Positions 31,449 to 41,627 of a stretch of DNA of 64,000 nt are shown one piece after another. Made by a program: the position numbers and the translations under genes. Origin of the DNA: a candidate division FCPU426 bacterium (GTDB lineage Bacteria; Oederibacteriota; Muellerivitia; Muellerivitales; Muellerivitaceae); contig CAWHOE010000064.1 in the NCBI GenBank assembly GCA_963830915.1, positions 193,541-257,540 of the forward strand, in the 5' to 3' direction. Below the pieces are notes generated by a model. It made no database searches and had not been told where the DNA came from. It saw only the letters and a program-made list of their open reading frames with translations. Within the stretch, counting starts at the first letter, position 1, and each line of letters starts with the position of its first letter.

Positions 31449-33072
31449 GGTTTCACGCCCGGAACATTGGGTTGGGCGTTCAGGCCTTGGAAAGGTTCGG
31501 CTGCGGCCGGGGATAAGGACAAAACCTTACCCGTACAGGGTATGGAGTTGAAAGTGAGCCCTTTCAAAGCGTCCACTTCTTTAGCCATGGTATTGAAGAT
31601 GGAGGGGATGTCCTCGAACTGGAATCCTTCCAACTTCATTTCCTGGGCCAGACGGCTTATCCAGAGGGAGGCCGGCAGGATATCCTGGTTCGTCGGCTCG
31701 ATCGCCTGGCGGAACCATTGAAACGGCTGGTGGCGTTCACGAAAGTCCCGGATTTCTCTGTGAAAGGCCTCACCGGGAAAGCCATCGCGCCTTGTTCGAC
31801 CGTGGCCGTCTTATGGACGGCAAGAACGACCAGGACCTTCACCTTGGCGAAGATCTTCTTGGCCTTGGCCTCCTCCCGTCCGAAGGGGTCTTGTTGCATG
31901 ACCAAAACGGCCTTGAGTTCGCCCTTTTCCATCCTGGCGAACAATGCTTCGGCCTGGGTGGTGATCCCTAGCAACCTCAACCCAGCTTGATTGGGTGATT
32001 TATCGGCCAATTTCAGGATCTGGTCCGCCTCACCTTTCAATGTCCAATCGGGAGCGGCCAAATTCTTCGGGTCGAATCTCTTCTCGAAGAACTTCTTGAG
32101 GATGAAATTATCCTCTAACGACGCGTAGGGCGAGGCGATGGCTCCCACCTCATCCTTGTTCATGCCTGAAAGGATCTGGGCCAACTGCTTGATCCCATCC
32201 TTCAGGCTGTGTTCCTGATGGCCCAGCCGGATGGCTTCCAGGCGGTTCTGCTGGTAATGATCGAAGGAGAACCGGCCCTCGTCGCAGATCCATGTCTTGT
32301 TGAGTTCGGGGTTTTCTCTCGGCATGAACCGGTAGACCTTCCCCTTGTTCTGTTCCACCGTGATACTGCATCCCCTGGCGCATCCGGGACAGACCGACTC
32401 GGTTTTCTTGAGGAACCAGACCCGTTGCTTGAAACGGAATTCCTTGAGGGTGAGGGCCCCGACCGGACAAACATCCGTCACGTTGCCCGAATAGGGATTG
32501 TCCAGGCGCTTGCCCGGGAATATGTCCAGTGTGGCCTCGTGGCCCCGGTGGAGGATGCCCAGTTCGGAGGTCTTGGGGATCTCATCCAGGAAGCGGATAC
32601 AGCGCGAGCAGAGGATACATCGTTCCTGGTCCAGCATGACGTGCTTTCCGATATCCTCGGCCTTGCCTCCCTTGAAGTAGCGGGGTACGGAACGGCGGAA
32701 CTCGTACCGCCCATCCTGCATATATTGGTCCTGCAATTTGCACTCGCCTGCCTTATCGCAGACCGGGCAGTCCAGGGGGTGGTCCAGCAAGAGCATTTCC
32801 AGGGCGCTCTTCTGGGCGTCCTTGGCCTTGGGGGAATCGGTGTGGATGACCATTCCCTCGGTCACATGGGTATTGCATCCGATGGTCAGCTGACGACCCC
32901 TGGGGGTCTCGATCTCCACCATGCAGGTACGACAGTTCCCCGCCACCGGAAGATACCGGTGGTAGCAGAAATGCTCCAGATGCACCCGGTTGGACAGGGC
33001 GGCGTCCAGCACGTTGGTGCCTTCGGGCACTTCCATCGGTTGACCGTTGACCGTGATCTTGACCACTCTCAA
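31445..33072 (-). CDS. nuoG: NADH-quinone oxidoreductase subunit G (short form); frameshift near 31721
   Basis: FCYH..GNCRTC, HPLDCPVCDKAGECKLQD, CILCSRC, CPGCARGC. C-terminus (QWFRQAIEP...MKLEG...) continues in ORF 31445..31639. Confidence 0.92.
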
Positions 33073-33085
33073 ACTCCAATGAACA

Positions 33086-34366
33086 TTAATGGATCTGGGC
33101 TGGGACAGCCGTCGTGTTCTTCACCAGGTACTTCTCGAAATCCGCCGGGAACTTCTTGATGAAACTTCGTACCGGCATGGCGCAGGCCGCCGCGTGGGCG
33201 CAAATGGTGTGTCCTTCCATGTTGTCGGCGATGGTAAGCATCAGGTCCAGTTCCTTGGAGGTCGCCTCGCCGTCCAGGATCTTTTTCATCAGGCGGTTCT
33301 CCCAGGCCGTTCCCTCCCGGCAGGGGGTGCATTGCCCGCAGGATTCTTCGGAATAAAAAGCCGTCATGCTCTTCAATATCTTCGCCATGTCCGTTTGGTC
33401 GTTGAGGATGATGGCCCCGCCCGTTCCCAGAAAGGTTCCATGGCTTTGCATGCTCTCATAGCAAAGGGTCAGGGTTTCACACTCTTTCGGGGTCAGAACC
33501 GGCGTGGAAGAACCTCCCGGGATGACCGCCTTGAGCTTCCCGCCTTTGACGCCCTTGCCGTAGGTCTCGATGAATTCCAACATGGGCAGACCGAAAGGCA
33601 TTTCCCAATAACCCGGCTGGTTCACGTGACCCGACAAACTGAAGACGCTGGTGCCGGTGGAGTCCTTGGTTCCGATGGCGGCGTAGGCCTTCCCGCCGTT
33701 CTGGATGATCCACGGGACCGAGGCCAGGGTCTTGACGTTGTTTATGATGGTGGGACATCCGAACAAGCCAGATACCGCCGGGAAAGGCGGTTTGATGCGG
33801 GGTTTGCCTGGTTTCCCCTCAAGGGATTCCAATAATCCCGTTTCTTCGCCGCAGATATAGGCTCCCGCGCCCCGGTGGACATGAACCTGAAGGTCGTACC
33901 CCGAACCTTGGATGTTCTTACCCAAATACTTGGCCTTCTCGGCTTCCTCGATGGCCCTCTCCAGTATCTTGATTTGGTCCAGGAATTCTCCCCGCACGTA
34001 GATATAGGCGGTATGGCACCCGATGGCGTAGCTGGCGCAGATGATCCCTTCCAGCAATAGATGAGGGTCGTAGGTGAGGACATAACGGTCCGTGAATGTG
34101 CCCGGCTCTCCCTCATCGGCATTGACCGCCAGATAGACGGGTTTGCCCGTGTTCTTCGGGACGAAGGACCATTTCATACCGGCCGAAAACCCCGCCCCAC
34201 CCCGTCCCTTGAGGCCGGAGGTTTTGACTTCCTCGATGACCTGCTCGGGTTTCATCCCGAAAAGATTTTTCAGGGACGCGTAACCGCCCGTCTGCAGGGA
34301 CACCTTGAGGGTATGGCTGTCCTGCAGCCCGAATCGCTTGGTCAGTTGTGGTTCCACTGTCGTCAT
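33086..34366 (-). CDS. nuoF: NADH-quinone oxidoreductase subunit F
   Basis: SGLKGRGGAGF, NADEGEPGT, GAGAYICGEET, ESCGQCTPCREG; ATG 34366. Confidence 0.95.
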   Translation of the reverse strand: MTTVEPQLTKRFGLQDSHTLKVSLQTGGYASLKNLFGMKPEQVIEEVKTSGLKGRGGAGFSAGMKWSFVPKNTGKPVYLAVNADEGEPGTFTDRYVLTYDPHLLLEGIICASYAIGCHTAYIYVRGEFLDQIKILERAIEEAEKAKYLGKNIQGSGYDLQVHVHRGAGAYICGEETGLLESLEGKPGKPRIKPPFPAVSGLFGCPTIINNVKTLASVPWIIQNGGKAYAAIGTKDSTGTSVFSLSGHVNQPGYWEMPFGLPMLEFIETYGKGVKGGKLKAVIPGGSSTPVLTPKECETLTLCYESMQSHGTFLGTGGAIILNDQTDMAKILKSMTAFYSEESCGQCTPCREGTAWENRLMKKILDGEATSKELDLMLTIADNMEGHTICAHAAACAMPVRSFIKKFPADFEKYLVKNTTAVPAQIH

Positions 34367-34371
34367 AGTTC

Positions 34372-34851
34372 CTATTTCTTTTTCAATTCTTCCAACAGCT
34401 GCTCGGTCTTCTCGACCGTCATGTGTTCGTGGTAGACATCGTTCACCCTCATGCAGGGTCCGGTGTGGCAGGAGGCCAGACATTCCACGGTCTGCAGACT
34501 GAACTGTCCGTCCGGGGTGGCCTCCCCCGGTTTCAATCCCAATTTTTCCTCGAGCATGCGCAATATCTTCTCCGACCCGTTCATCAGGCACACCACGGTC
34601 TGGCACACCTGGAGGTGATGCTTGCCGGGCTTTTGCTTGTGGTACATGGAATAGAACTGGGCCACTTCCAGAACCTGGACCGGGCTGCATCCCACCAGCG
34701 ACGCCACCGCTTCCATGACCTCGGGCGATATCCAGCCGAATTCCCTCTGGGCCAGCCAGAGGGCCGGAAGCAAAGCCGCTCGCCGGACCGGATAGCGCGA
34801 GGCTATCTCCTCGAATTCCTGGATCGTCTCTTTTTTGAACTCAACGGCCAT
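34372..34851 (-). CDS. nuoE: NADH-quinone oxidoreductase subunit E
   Basis: AALLPALWLAQ, CQTVVC, ECLASC. Confidence 0.95.
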   Translation of the reverse strand: MAVEFKKETIQEFEEIASRYPVRRAALLPALWLAQREFGWISPEVMEAVASLVGCSPVQVLEVAQFYSMYHKQKPGKHHLQVCQTVVCLMNGSEKILRMLEEKLGLKPGEATPDGQFSLQTVECLASCHTGPCMRVNDVYHEHMTVEKTEQLLEELKKK

Positions 34852-34875
34852 TCTCGGCTCCGCACTTAATTTTGT

Positions 34876-36108
34876 TCATCGGTCCAACTCCCCGGCGATG
34901 ATGTTGATCGATCCCAGCGCGATGATGGCGTCGGCTACCATGCTTCCCTCGATGAGCTCAGGGAATGCGGCGAAGTTCATGAAGCAGGGCGGCCGGCATT
35001 TCACCCGGTATGGGTTCTTGCTCCCGTCGGAAACGATGGTGAAACCCAGTTCCCCGTTGGCGGCTTCGGTGGCGTCGTAGATCTCGCCCGGCTCGGGGCA
35101 AATACCGTGCATGATGATCTTGAAATGGTTCATCAGCCCCTCGATATTGCCGTAGGTCTGTTGTTTCGGGGGCAGGGCCACCCGCTTGTCGTCCGACATC
35201 ACCGGTCCCTGAGGCATCTTGTCCAGGGCCTGATGGATGATGCGGATGGATTCTTCCATCTCGTAAAGCCGCACGAAGATGCGGTCGTAGATATCGCCCT
35301 TCGTTCCCACCGGCACCTCGAATTTGAAATCCTCGTAATGGTAATAGGGCTCAACTTTGCGCAGGTCGTATTCCACTCCGCTGGCCCTCAAGGTGGGCCC
35401 GGTCCAGCCGTAAGCGATGGCCCGTTCTTTGGAAATGGGGCAGACGTCCCTGGTGCGGTCCAGGAAGATGCGGTTCTTTTCCACCAGTTTCAGCACATCC
35501 CCCAGGCTTTGCTCGACCGACTTCAACACCGCCTTCACCTCGTCGGCGAACTGGGGATAGACATCCCGGGCCATCCCCCCGATGCGGGTATAGCTGGAAG
35601 TCAGCCTGGCTCCGCAGAGTTTTTCCAGGATGTCGTAGACCTTTTCCCGGGTATTGAAGAAGTACCAGAAATTGGTCAGGGCGCCCATATCCAGGAGGTT
35701 GGCCGCCACGCAGACCTGGTGGTCAATGATACGGTTCAGTTCGCTCACCACGACGCGGATGTAGGCCGCTCGATCCGGAATGGTCAGGTGGAGCATCCTT
35801 TCCACCGCCTTGCAGAACCCCACGTTATTGATCATGGCCGACACGTAATTCAGCCGGTCCGTATAGGGGATGACCTGCTGGAAAGTGTGGGATTCGCAAT
35901 CCTTCTCGAACCCCCGATGCAGGTAGCCCTGTTCCATGACCGCCGCCACGATGGTCTCGCCGTCAAGGGCGCAGAAGGTCCGCAAAGCCCCATGGGTGGC
36001 CGGATGGCTGGGACCGATATTCACATAGACCAGTTCCCGTTTGTCCTTGGGACGGGGGGAGTTGAGGCCCTGGGACGACTCGAAGGGGGCTTGGGGTTCG
36101 GTCCTCAT
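34876..36108 (-). CDS. nuoD: NADH-quinone oxidoreductase subunit D
   Basis: NIGPSHPATHGALR, GYLHRGFEK, ends GELDR; ATGA overlap with nuoC. Confidence 0.95.
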   Translation of the reverse strand: MRTEPQAPFESSQGLNSPRPKDKRELVYVNIGPSHPATHGALRTFCALDGETIVAAVMEQGYLHRGFEKDCESHTFQQVIPYTDRLNYVSAMINNVGFCKAVERMLHLTIPDRAAYIRVVVSELNRIIDHQVCVAANLLDMGALTNFWYFFNTREKVYDILEKLCGARLTSSYTRIGGMARDVYPQFADEVKAVLKSVEQSLGDVLKLVEKNRIFLDRTRDVCPISKERAIAYGWTGPTLRASGVEYDLRKVEPYYHYEDFKFEVPVGTKGDIYDRIFVRLYEMEESIRIIHQALDKMPQGPVMSDDKRVALPPKQQTYGNIEGLMNHFKIIMHGICPEPGEIYDATEAANGELGFTIVSDGSKNPYRVKCRPPCFMNFAAFPELIEGSMVADAIIALGSINIIAGELDR

Positions 36109-36644
36109 GTGTACCCCTTTTCTTTCAGCCGGGGTTCCATCTCGTCCATGAGCGACTGGCTGGCCGAAAGCCATTGCCGTTGAGTGATAGGGTAATCCTT
36201 GCGCAATGGATGGCCGATGAACTCGTGATGGTTCAGGATGCGTTTTAGGTTCGGATGACCGACGAAGCGGATACCCATTTGGTCGAAAGCTTCCCTTTCC
36301 AGGTGGTTAGCGTTGGCCCAAAGCCCGCAAAGGGTATTCACCGACGGGGCGTCTTCCGGGAGGAGTACCTTGACCTGGAGCCGATGGCCTTTGGCGAGGG
36401 ACTTGAAAAGATAGGCCAATCCGTAACGGTCTCCCCTCCATTCAGGGTATTGGGAATAATCGATGGATACGATATCGATGAGCATCTCGAAGGCCAACTC
36501 GGGCTCATCCCGAAGCGTACGCGCCACATCGACCAAACCCGTTCGGTCCACACTTACTTCTAGGACGCCGAAACGATCCTGGGAACCCAGGAGGGTCTTG
36601 GGGTGTTTGGATTTTATCGTTTCAAGTAAAGCCAAGGCGTCCAC
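36105..36644 (-). CDS. nuoC: NADH-quinone oxidoreductase subunit C
   Basis: EREAFDQMGIRFVGHPNLKRIL, GHPLRKDYP. Confidence 0.95.
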   Translation of the reverse strand: MDALALLETIKSKHPKTLLGSQDRFGVLEVSVDRTGLVDVARTLRDEPELAFEMLIDIVSIDYSQYPEWRGDRYGLAYLFKSLAKGHRLQVKVLLPEDAPSVNTLCGLWANANHLEREAFDQMGIRFVGHPNLKRILNHHEFIGHPLRKDYPITQRQWLSASQSLMDEMEPRLKEKGYT

Positions 36645-36883
36645 AAAAACCTTTCATTTTTCAAATTAATTTTTACTTTGTTTCCTCTGTGTGATTCTGC
36701 GCCGATTTTTCGGTAAAGATTTTTGCTCCCATTTCAGGTGTTATCTTGTTTTTCTTGTGCCGATTCAACAAATTAACAAACATTGGAAATCGGTACTATA
36801 CCGACCACCTTATAAGTTTTATTGTTGGTCCGCATGGTGCCCTTGGTGAACTTGGTGGTTCAATTGCCGTTTTTTCCTCTTTA

Positions 36884-37387
36884 TCAATAATCGAAATGAG
36901 GCTCTTTGACCTGGAACTGGGCTGATGGCGTCGTCTTAGGATTGGCGATCTTATGCTGGATCTTCATGATCGCCTCCAGGATGGCTTCGGGCCGGGGCGG
37001 ACAACCCGAGATATAAACGTCCACCGGGATGATCTGGTCGATACCCTGGACCGTGCAGTAGTTGTTGTAGAACCCGCCGGAAGAAGCGCAGACCCCCATG
37101 GAAACGACCCACTTGGGATCGGGCATTTGGTCGTAGATCTGTTTGAGGATGGGCGCCTGTTTAAAGGTGACCGTGCCCGCCACGATCAATAGGTCGGCCT
37201 GCCGGGGGGAATAGCGCAAAAGCTCGGCCCCGAAACGGGACAGGTCGAATACCGAGTCCGCCACCGCCATGAACTCGATGGCGCAACAGGCCGTTCCAAA
37301 GACCATGGGCCAAAGGGAATTCTTGCGGCCCCAGGCCGCGACCGCGTCTACCCGGGTAGTGAAGTAAGGGACTTCGGTCATTCCCAT
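36884..37387 (-). CDS. nuoB: NADH-quinone oxidoreductase subunit B
   Basis: [23 protein letters not shown]. Confidence 0.95.
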   Translation of the reverse strand: MGMTEVPYFTTRVDAVAAWGRKNSLWPMVFGTACCAIEFMAVADSVFDLSRFGAELLRYSPRQADLLIVAGTVTFKQAPILKQIYDQMPDPKWVVSMGVCASSGGFYNNYCTVQGIDQIIPVDVYISGCPPRPEAILEAIMKIQHKIANPKTTPSAQFQVKEPHFDY

Positions 37388-37755
37388 TCCAGGGCTCCCC
37401 TCTTCAAGAGATAGAGCCAGCCGAAAGCCAGGACTCCCAGGAAGGCCAGCATGGAAAGGAACCCGCCCCAGGCCATTTTCTGGAACAGGACCGCCCAGGG
37501 AAAAAGAAAGATGACCTCCACGTCAAAGACCAGGAAACACATGGCGATCAGGAAGAACCGGATGTTCAACCGGGACCGGGAATCCCCCGCCTGTCCCGAA
37601 GCCTGGATACCGCACTCATAGGTGGAAAGTTTGCTGGCATTGACCCTGGAAGAACTGAGGAATGAGGAAAGTACGACCATAGCCGTGGGGACCACCAGGG
37701 CCAGTAGGATGGCGAGGACCAGGGGAAAAAGGTTTTCAACGAGACCGAAATCCAT
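37378..37755 (-). CDS. nuoA: NADH-quinone oxidoreductase subunit A
   Basis: [24 protein letters not shown]. Confidence 0.95.
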   Translation of the reverse strand: MDFGLVENLFPLVLAILLALVVPTAMVVLSSFLSSSRVNASKLSTYECGIQASGQAGDSRSRLNIRFFLIAMCFLVFDVEVIFLFPWAVLFQKMAWGGFLSMLAFLGVLAFGWLYLLKRGALEWE

Positions 37756-38125
37756 GCCCTACCTCCCCCCGAGAGTTTGCAAAAATTAAAAAAGAGCTAC
37801 AAAGCAATCTCTTGCCCCAAAGATTCTGCTGTCATTTTTCCACACAAATCCAACATAGATAAAATGACATGCCCAGTTCTCCTGATTTGCTTCCCACGAA
37901 AACAGGGCAGGAATCGTGGGGTTACCGAAAATGTTGTCGAATGAAAAAGTCCATCCGTTGGACTTTTTCATAAAAAAAACGAGTGATTCCTTAAGAAAAA
38001 ACAAACAACCCCTCCCACGGATGGTGCTTTCAGGAAAAGGACGCCTTGAGTGGTATACAAGGAGACTTTTCGTGGCCTTGGGTCAGGATGGGTCGAATTA
38101 TAGGTACTTTTTGCATGTGGAATCA

Positions 38126-38143
38126 ATGTGAAATCCTTCACAA
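38126..38143. promoter_or_regulatory. Rex-type operator (1 mismatch)
   Basis: ATGTGAA-ATCC-TTCACAA versus Rex consensus TTGTGAA-N4-TTCACAA. Confidence 0.65.
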
Positions 38144-38208
38144 AGTCTTTGAAGGATCGAGGGATATGACCTCATTTTCCAACAGAATTCGCCTTTGGAT
38201 CGAATAGC

Positions 38209-38226
38209 TTGTGAAATATTTCACAA
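38209..38226. promoter_or_regulatory. Rex-type operator (perfect consensus)
   Basis: TTGTGAA-ATAT-TTCACAA; a minus-strand TTGACA lies at 38234-38239, oriented toward nuoA. Confidence 0.75.
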
Positions 38227-38373
38227 AGTATTTTGTCAAGCCGAGTTAATAACCCATAGGTAATTTATATAGTATCCATACTTAACTTCTCGCAGCACCT
38301 GTGCCGGAGTGTATTTAATTGCCCCCTGCATCCACCTAGCGAAGGATAACGGGTTAGCAAATTCAAAGATGCC

Positions 38374-38739
38374 TTGGCTAACTTTCGACAAGCCCGAGAA
38401 GTTTACAGCCGTTTTTCGGGGAATGGAGCCGCCGATCCGGAATATCCGATCTTGCCGTATTTGGAAAGATTGGCCGCGGTTGAATATGCTTTGGGAAATT
38501 ATTCAGAGGCCATAAAACAGCAGGAAAATATTTACCGTTTGAAAAAACAGGTCTTTGGCTTACGTCATCCACAGACCGCCATTACCTTTATGAATCTCGC
38601 CGACGTGGAAAAAAGACAAGGGGAAATAAAATCAAGTATCAAGCACTTGAAGGAAGCGTTGGATATTTTAAATTCTTTCTTCGGGAAAAACCATCCGCTG
38701 ATCCAGAAAACTCAAAAGGCTCTTGCCGCGGAAAGTTAA
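38374..38739 (+). pseudogene. TPR-repeat (kinesin-light-chain-like) protein, probably a 5'-truncated remnant
   Basis: LGNYSEA..VFGLRHPQTAITFMNLA..FGKNHP repeats; no good start or RBS and an in-frame stop shortly upstream. Confidence 0.55.
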
Positions 38740-38751
38740 AACTTTATCGCG

Positions 38752-39771
38752 TTATTGTCCCCCGGCTCTATCATTACTTTCCCGTAACGCCTTTTTTACT
38801 TCAGGCAATTTGAAAAACCCTTCAAAGAAAGCCTCTCCGAACTTCTCCGCGCTTTCAGGCGTTAAATGAATCATATCAAAGGTTTCTAGTCCCTCGACTT
38901 TTGGAAGGATACAAGGAACTCCCAACGCCCTGGCTTCTTCCCGGATAAAATCGTCGTTTTTACCGTTCGGAACAAAAGCCAGGATCACTAGGGCGCCCCG
39001 GCTTCGCATATCACCAACGAATTTTCGCGCCATATCCAAATACAAAGGGTTCAACGCGTTTTTATTATTGTTGTAGACGATAGGATAATGCCCTCCTGAA
39101 TTGTTTTCCGAGAATAAGAAACCGTTCTCGGGTGAACAAAGCAGAAAGTGTTTTTTTCCACGGTCGGCCTTGAACAGATTGAACTCCGGGATGAACCGAT
39201 GAACGTAATAATCAGCCACCCATTGGTAATATTCAATATATGTGGTCGACCAACTGTGCCACCAAGATCCGGTCATGGTCTCTTTTTGGAAAGGCCATAA
39301 TTTGGGATTGAAAAAATCGTCCTCGTTCAAAATGATGAATTTCGGATAAAGCCCATTGCGGACGATGATATCCCGGCAAAATGGGGAATTATCCCCCGGC
39401 CCCGCCAAGCTGAAAAATTTCAAGCCACTGCCTTTTTCTACGTTTCGGATCAAACCCTCACGAAAACCGTACATGGGTCGGGAATTTCCAAGGACCAACA
39501 CGTCGGCTTTACGGGCGCGATCGATCATTGGCCCGATACCATAATAAAGGGCATTGTTGATATTGATCTGGCCATAGGCCTCGAACAGGGAAAAAGAATC
39601 CCAACCACGGCTGTTGATTGGCAGAGGGTCTTGGTTCACCCATTCCGGTTTTTGGCAGGTCACCCATTGACCCAACGCGTAAAAGACCGCCAAAACGACG
39701 GCGAATAACGCCAAGGCTTTCAACAGCCCGCCATTCCTGGCCGATTTAAAAGTGGAAATAAATGAACGCAT
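38752..39771 (-). CDS. Periplasmic SGNH-like partner of MBOAT acyltransferase (DltD/AlgJ-like)
   Basis: N-terminal TM; LVLGNSR and DMIHLT motifs; overlaps the MBOAT gene. Confidence 0.65.
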   Translation of the reverse strand: MRSFISTFKSARNGGLLKALALFAVVLAVFYALGQWVTCQKPEWVNQDPLPINSRGWDSFSLFEAYGQININNALYYGIGPMIDRARKADVLVLGNSRPMYGFREGLIRNVEKGSGLKFFSLAGPGDNSPFCRDIIVRNGLYPKFIILNEDDFFNPKLWPFQKETMTGSWWHSWSTTYIEYYQWVADYYVHRFIPEFNLFKADRGKKHFLLCSPENGFLFSENNSGGHYPIVYNNNKNALNPLYLDMARKFVGDMRSRGALVILAFVPNGKNDDFIREEARALGVPCILPKVEGLETFDMIHLTPESAEKFGEAFFEGFFKLPEVKKALRESNDRAGGQ

Positions 39772-41161
39772 TGTTTTGTCCTGAAAAGGAAAATACGCAA
39801 TAAAGCATGAAGGCGCCCCAAAAAGCTTTTTCCAAACCCCGTGGCGCCATCAACCAATTTCTTTCACCTAAAAACCCTCTGAAATGCATTACCAGAACCG
39901 GCAAGGTAAAAGCCAATCCGGGTAAAAGTGTCAAAGCCGTTTCCCCTCCCCAAGTCCCGTGGAAGATATTCCGTATCACTGCCCAAGCCTGGGTGGGGTC
40001 CTCTGATCTAAAATAAACCCAAGCTATAAGAACAACTGACTGGACCACGACAAACCACGCAACGGTGACCCAAGAGGGCCATTTATCGGTTTTATGCAGA
40101 CCAAGAACGCGTTCGATCACTAGGGCGCTACCATGGATGAACCCCCACACGACGAAAGTCCATGCCGCGCCGTGCCAAAACCCGGCCAGGACCATGACGA
40201 TCAAAAGGTTGGCGTACATTCGCCACTCCGAAACCCGGTTCCCACCCAGAGGCAGGTAAAGATAATCCCTCATCCAACGGGACAGGGTGATATGCCATCG
40301 GGTCCAGAATTCCCGGAAAGAAACCGCCAAGTAGGGTTGGTTGAAATTCCGGGGCAAACGGAACCCAAGCAAGTACGCCGACCCCCTGGCGATACTGGTA
40401 TATCCCTCGAAATCGGCGAAGATCTGGCAGGAGAAAAAGAATGCCAATAAAAGCGAGGCAGAGGCGGAACAATCGGAAATAAAATCATTCCTCCAATAAT
40501 TATTCACATATCCGGCTAAATTATCGGCCACCACTTTTTTAAGGAAAAAACCCCGCGCTATCAAATATCCCCCCTGCATGGCCACTCCCAACCAAAGCCG
40601 GCGTTTTCGGTCGAATTGGTAGATCAACTCCCTGGCACGGACGATCGGTCCGGACACCAGATGAGTGAAGAAGCTCACGAACAAAAGAAAACGCCAGTAA
40701 CGGCGCTCAGGAAGGACCGTTCCTCTGTAAACATCGATGGTGTAGCTCATGCTTTGGAAAGTGAAGAAGGAGATCCCCAATGGAAGGGCTAAATTCACTT
40801 CTGTTTTGGTAAGGACCGGATGGTCCAGGATATAAGAAAAAACCTTGATGTTTTCGATCAGGAAATGGGAGTACTTGTAAAATCCAAGGAGCCCAAGATT
40901 GGAACCAATGGAAACGGCCAGGTAAAGTTTTTTTGTCCGAAGATTTTTTGTTCCAGCGATCATCTGGCCCATATAGAAATCGATAGCCGTTAACCCCAGC
41001 AAAAGAAAAATATATCGGGGTATGTAGGAAGCGTAAAAAACCAGGCTAGCGCCCAGCAAAAACCAAAGGTAGTAATTTTTATTATTTGAAACTCGAAATA
41101 CCCATCGGACAAAAAGGGACAACAAGATCAAGATTAAATAGGACACAGAAACAAAACTCAT
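39746..41161 (-). CDS. MBOAT O-acyltransferase (AlgI/DltB family)
   Basis: LPLGISFFTFQSMSYTIDVYR, NFNQPY, FWTRWHITLSRW..DYLYLPLGG, GFWHGA. Confidence 0.93.
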   Translation of the reverse strand: MSFVSVSYLILILLSLFVRWVFRVSNNKNYYLWFLLGASLVFYASYIPRYIFLLLGLTAIDFYMGQMIAGTKNLRTKKLYLAVSIGSNLGLLGFYKYSHFLIENIKVFSYILDHPVLTKTEVNLALPLGISFFTFQSMSYTIDVYRGTVLPERRYWRFLLFVSFFTHLVSGPIVRARELIYQFDRKRRLWLGVAMQGGYLIARGFFLKKVVADNLAGYVNNYWRNDFISDCSASASLLLAFFFSCQIFADFEGYTSIARGSAYLLGFRLPRNFNQPYLAVSFREFWTRWHITLSRWMRDYLYLPLGGNRVSEWRMYANLLIVMVLAGFWHGAAWTFVVWGFIHGSALVIERVLGLHKTDKWPSWVTVAWFVVVQSVVLIAWVYFRSEDPTQAWAVIRNIFHGTWGGETALTLLPGLAFTLPVLVMHFRGFLGERNWLMAPRGLEKAFWGAFMLYCVFSFSGQNNAFIYFHF

Positions 41162-41627
41162 TCAATACTCCCCGGTCAATCAATGGCTATAAAACATCGG
41201 TAACCACCATCAATATACGAAAGGAAGCGGATCGCTTAAAGAAATAATCCTTGGAAATAACAACTTTTGATCGTCTTAAGGGCAAACCCGCGATGTCCCG
41301 ATATAATTTCCTGAAATACTGTGTCTAGCATTTGCCGATGATAATAAACAATTACAACGGGATTATGGAACACCCATCGCTTAAACTCAATTTCCTAGGT
41401 TTAATTGACCCACGGCTCAATCGATCGGCACGAATGTAAGGAAAGTGGCCAGAATATTCTTTCAGAATCCAGATAGGTTGCCATTGATTAATAGAATCTT
41501 ATTCACAGTTCTAGCTCCATGCCCCTAATCCAGGATTTCCCGGCCCAAAATCGCCATCAGGTATAATAAGTGCCAGTCCGATCGATCTAACCGACCATTC
41601 GAAAGTCTTATTCGCAAAGGGACGACA

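Noticed and set aside
12364..33072. Pseudogenisation or programmed frameshifting of sdhA, nuoN, nuoI and nuoG
   Set aside because: Isolated 1-nt indels with intact motifs, no nonsense decay and no consistent slippery-site signal; sequencing error is more parsimonious.
24571..36183. Long alternative-frame ORFs within nuo genes (e.g. 27443..28558, 32209..33159, 35107..36183)
   Set aside because: Shadow ORFs of GC-rich coding sequence with no recognisable motifs.
41279..41340. c-di-GMP-I riboswitch (GGCAAACC...TTTGCC)
   Set aside because: Lacks the GAAA tetraloop, GACGCAAAG and receptor elements; the region looks more like degraded coding sequence.
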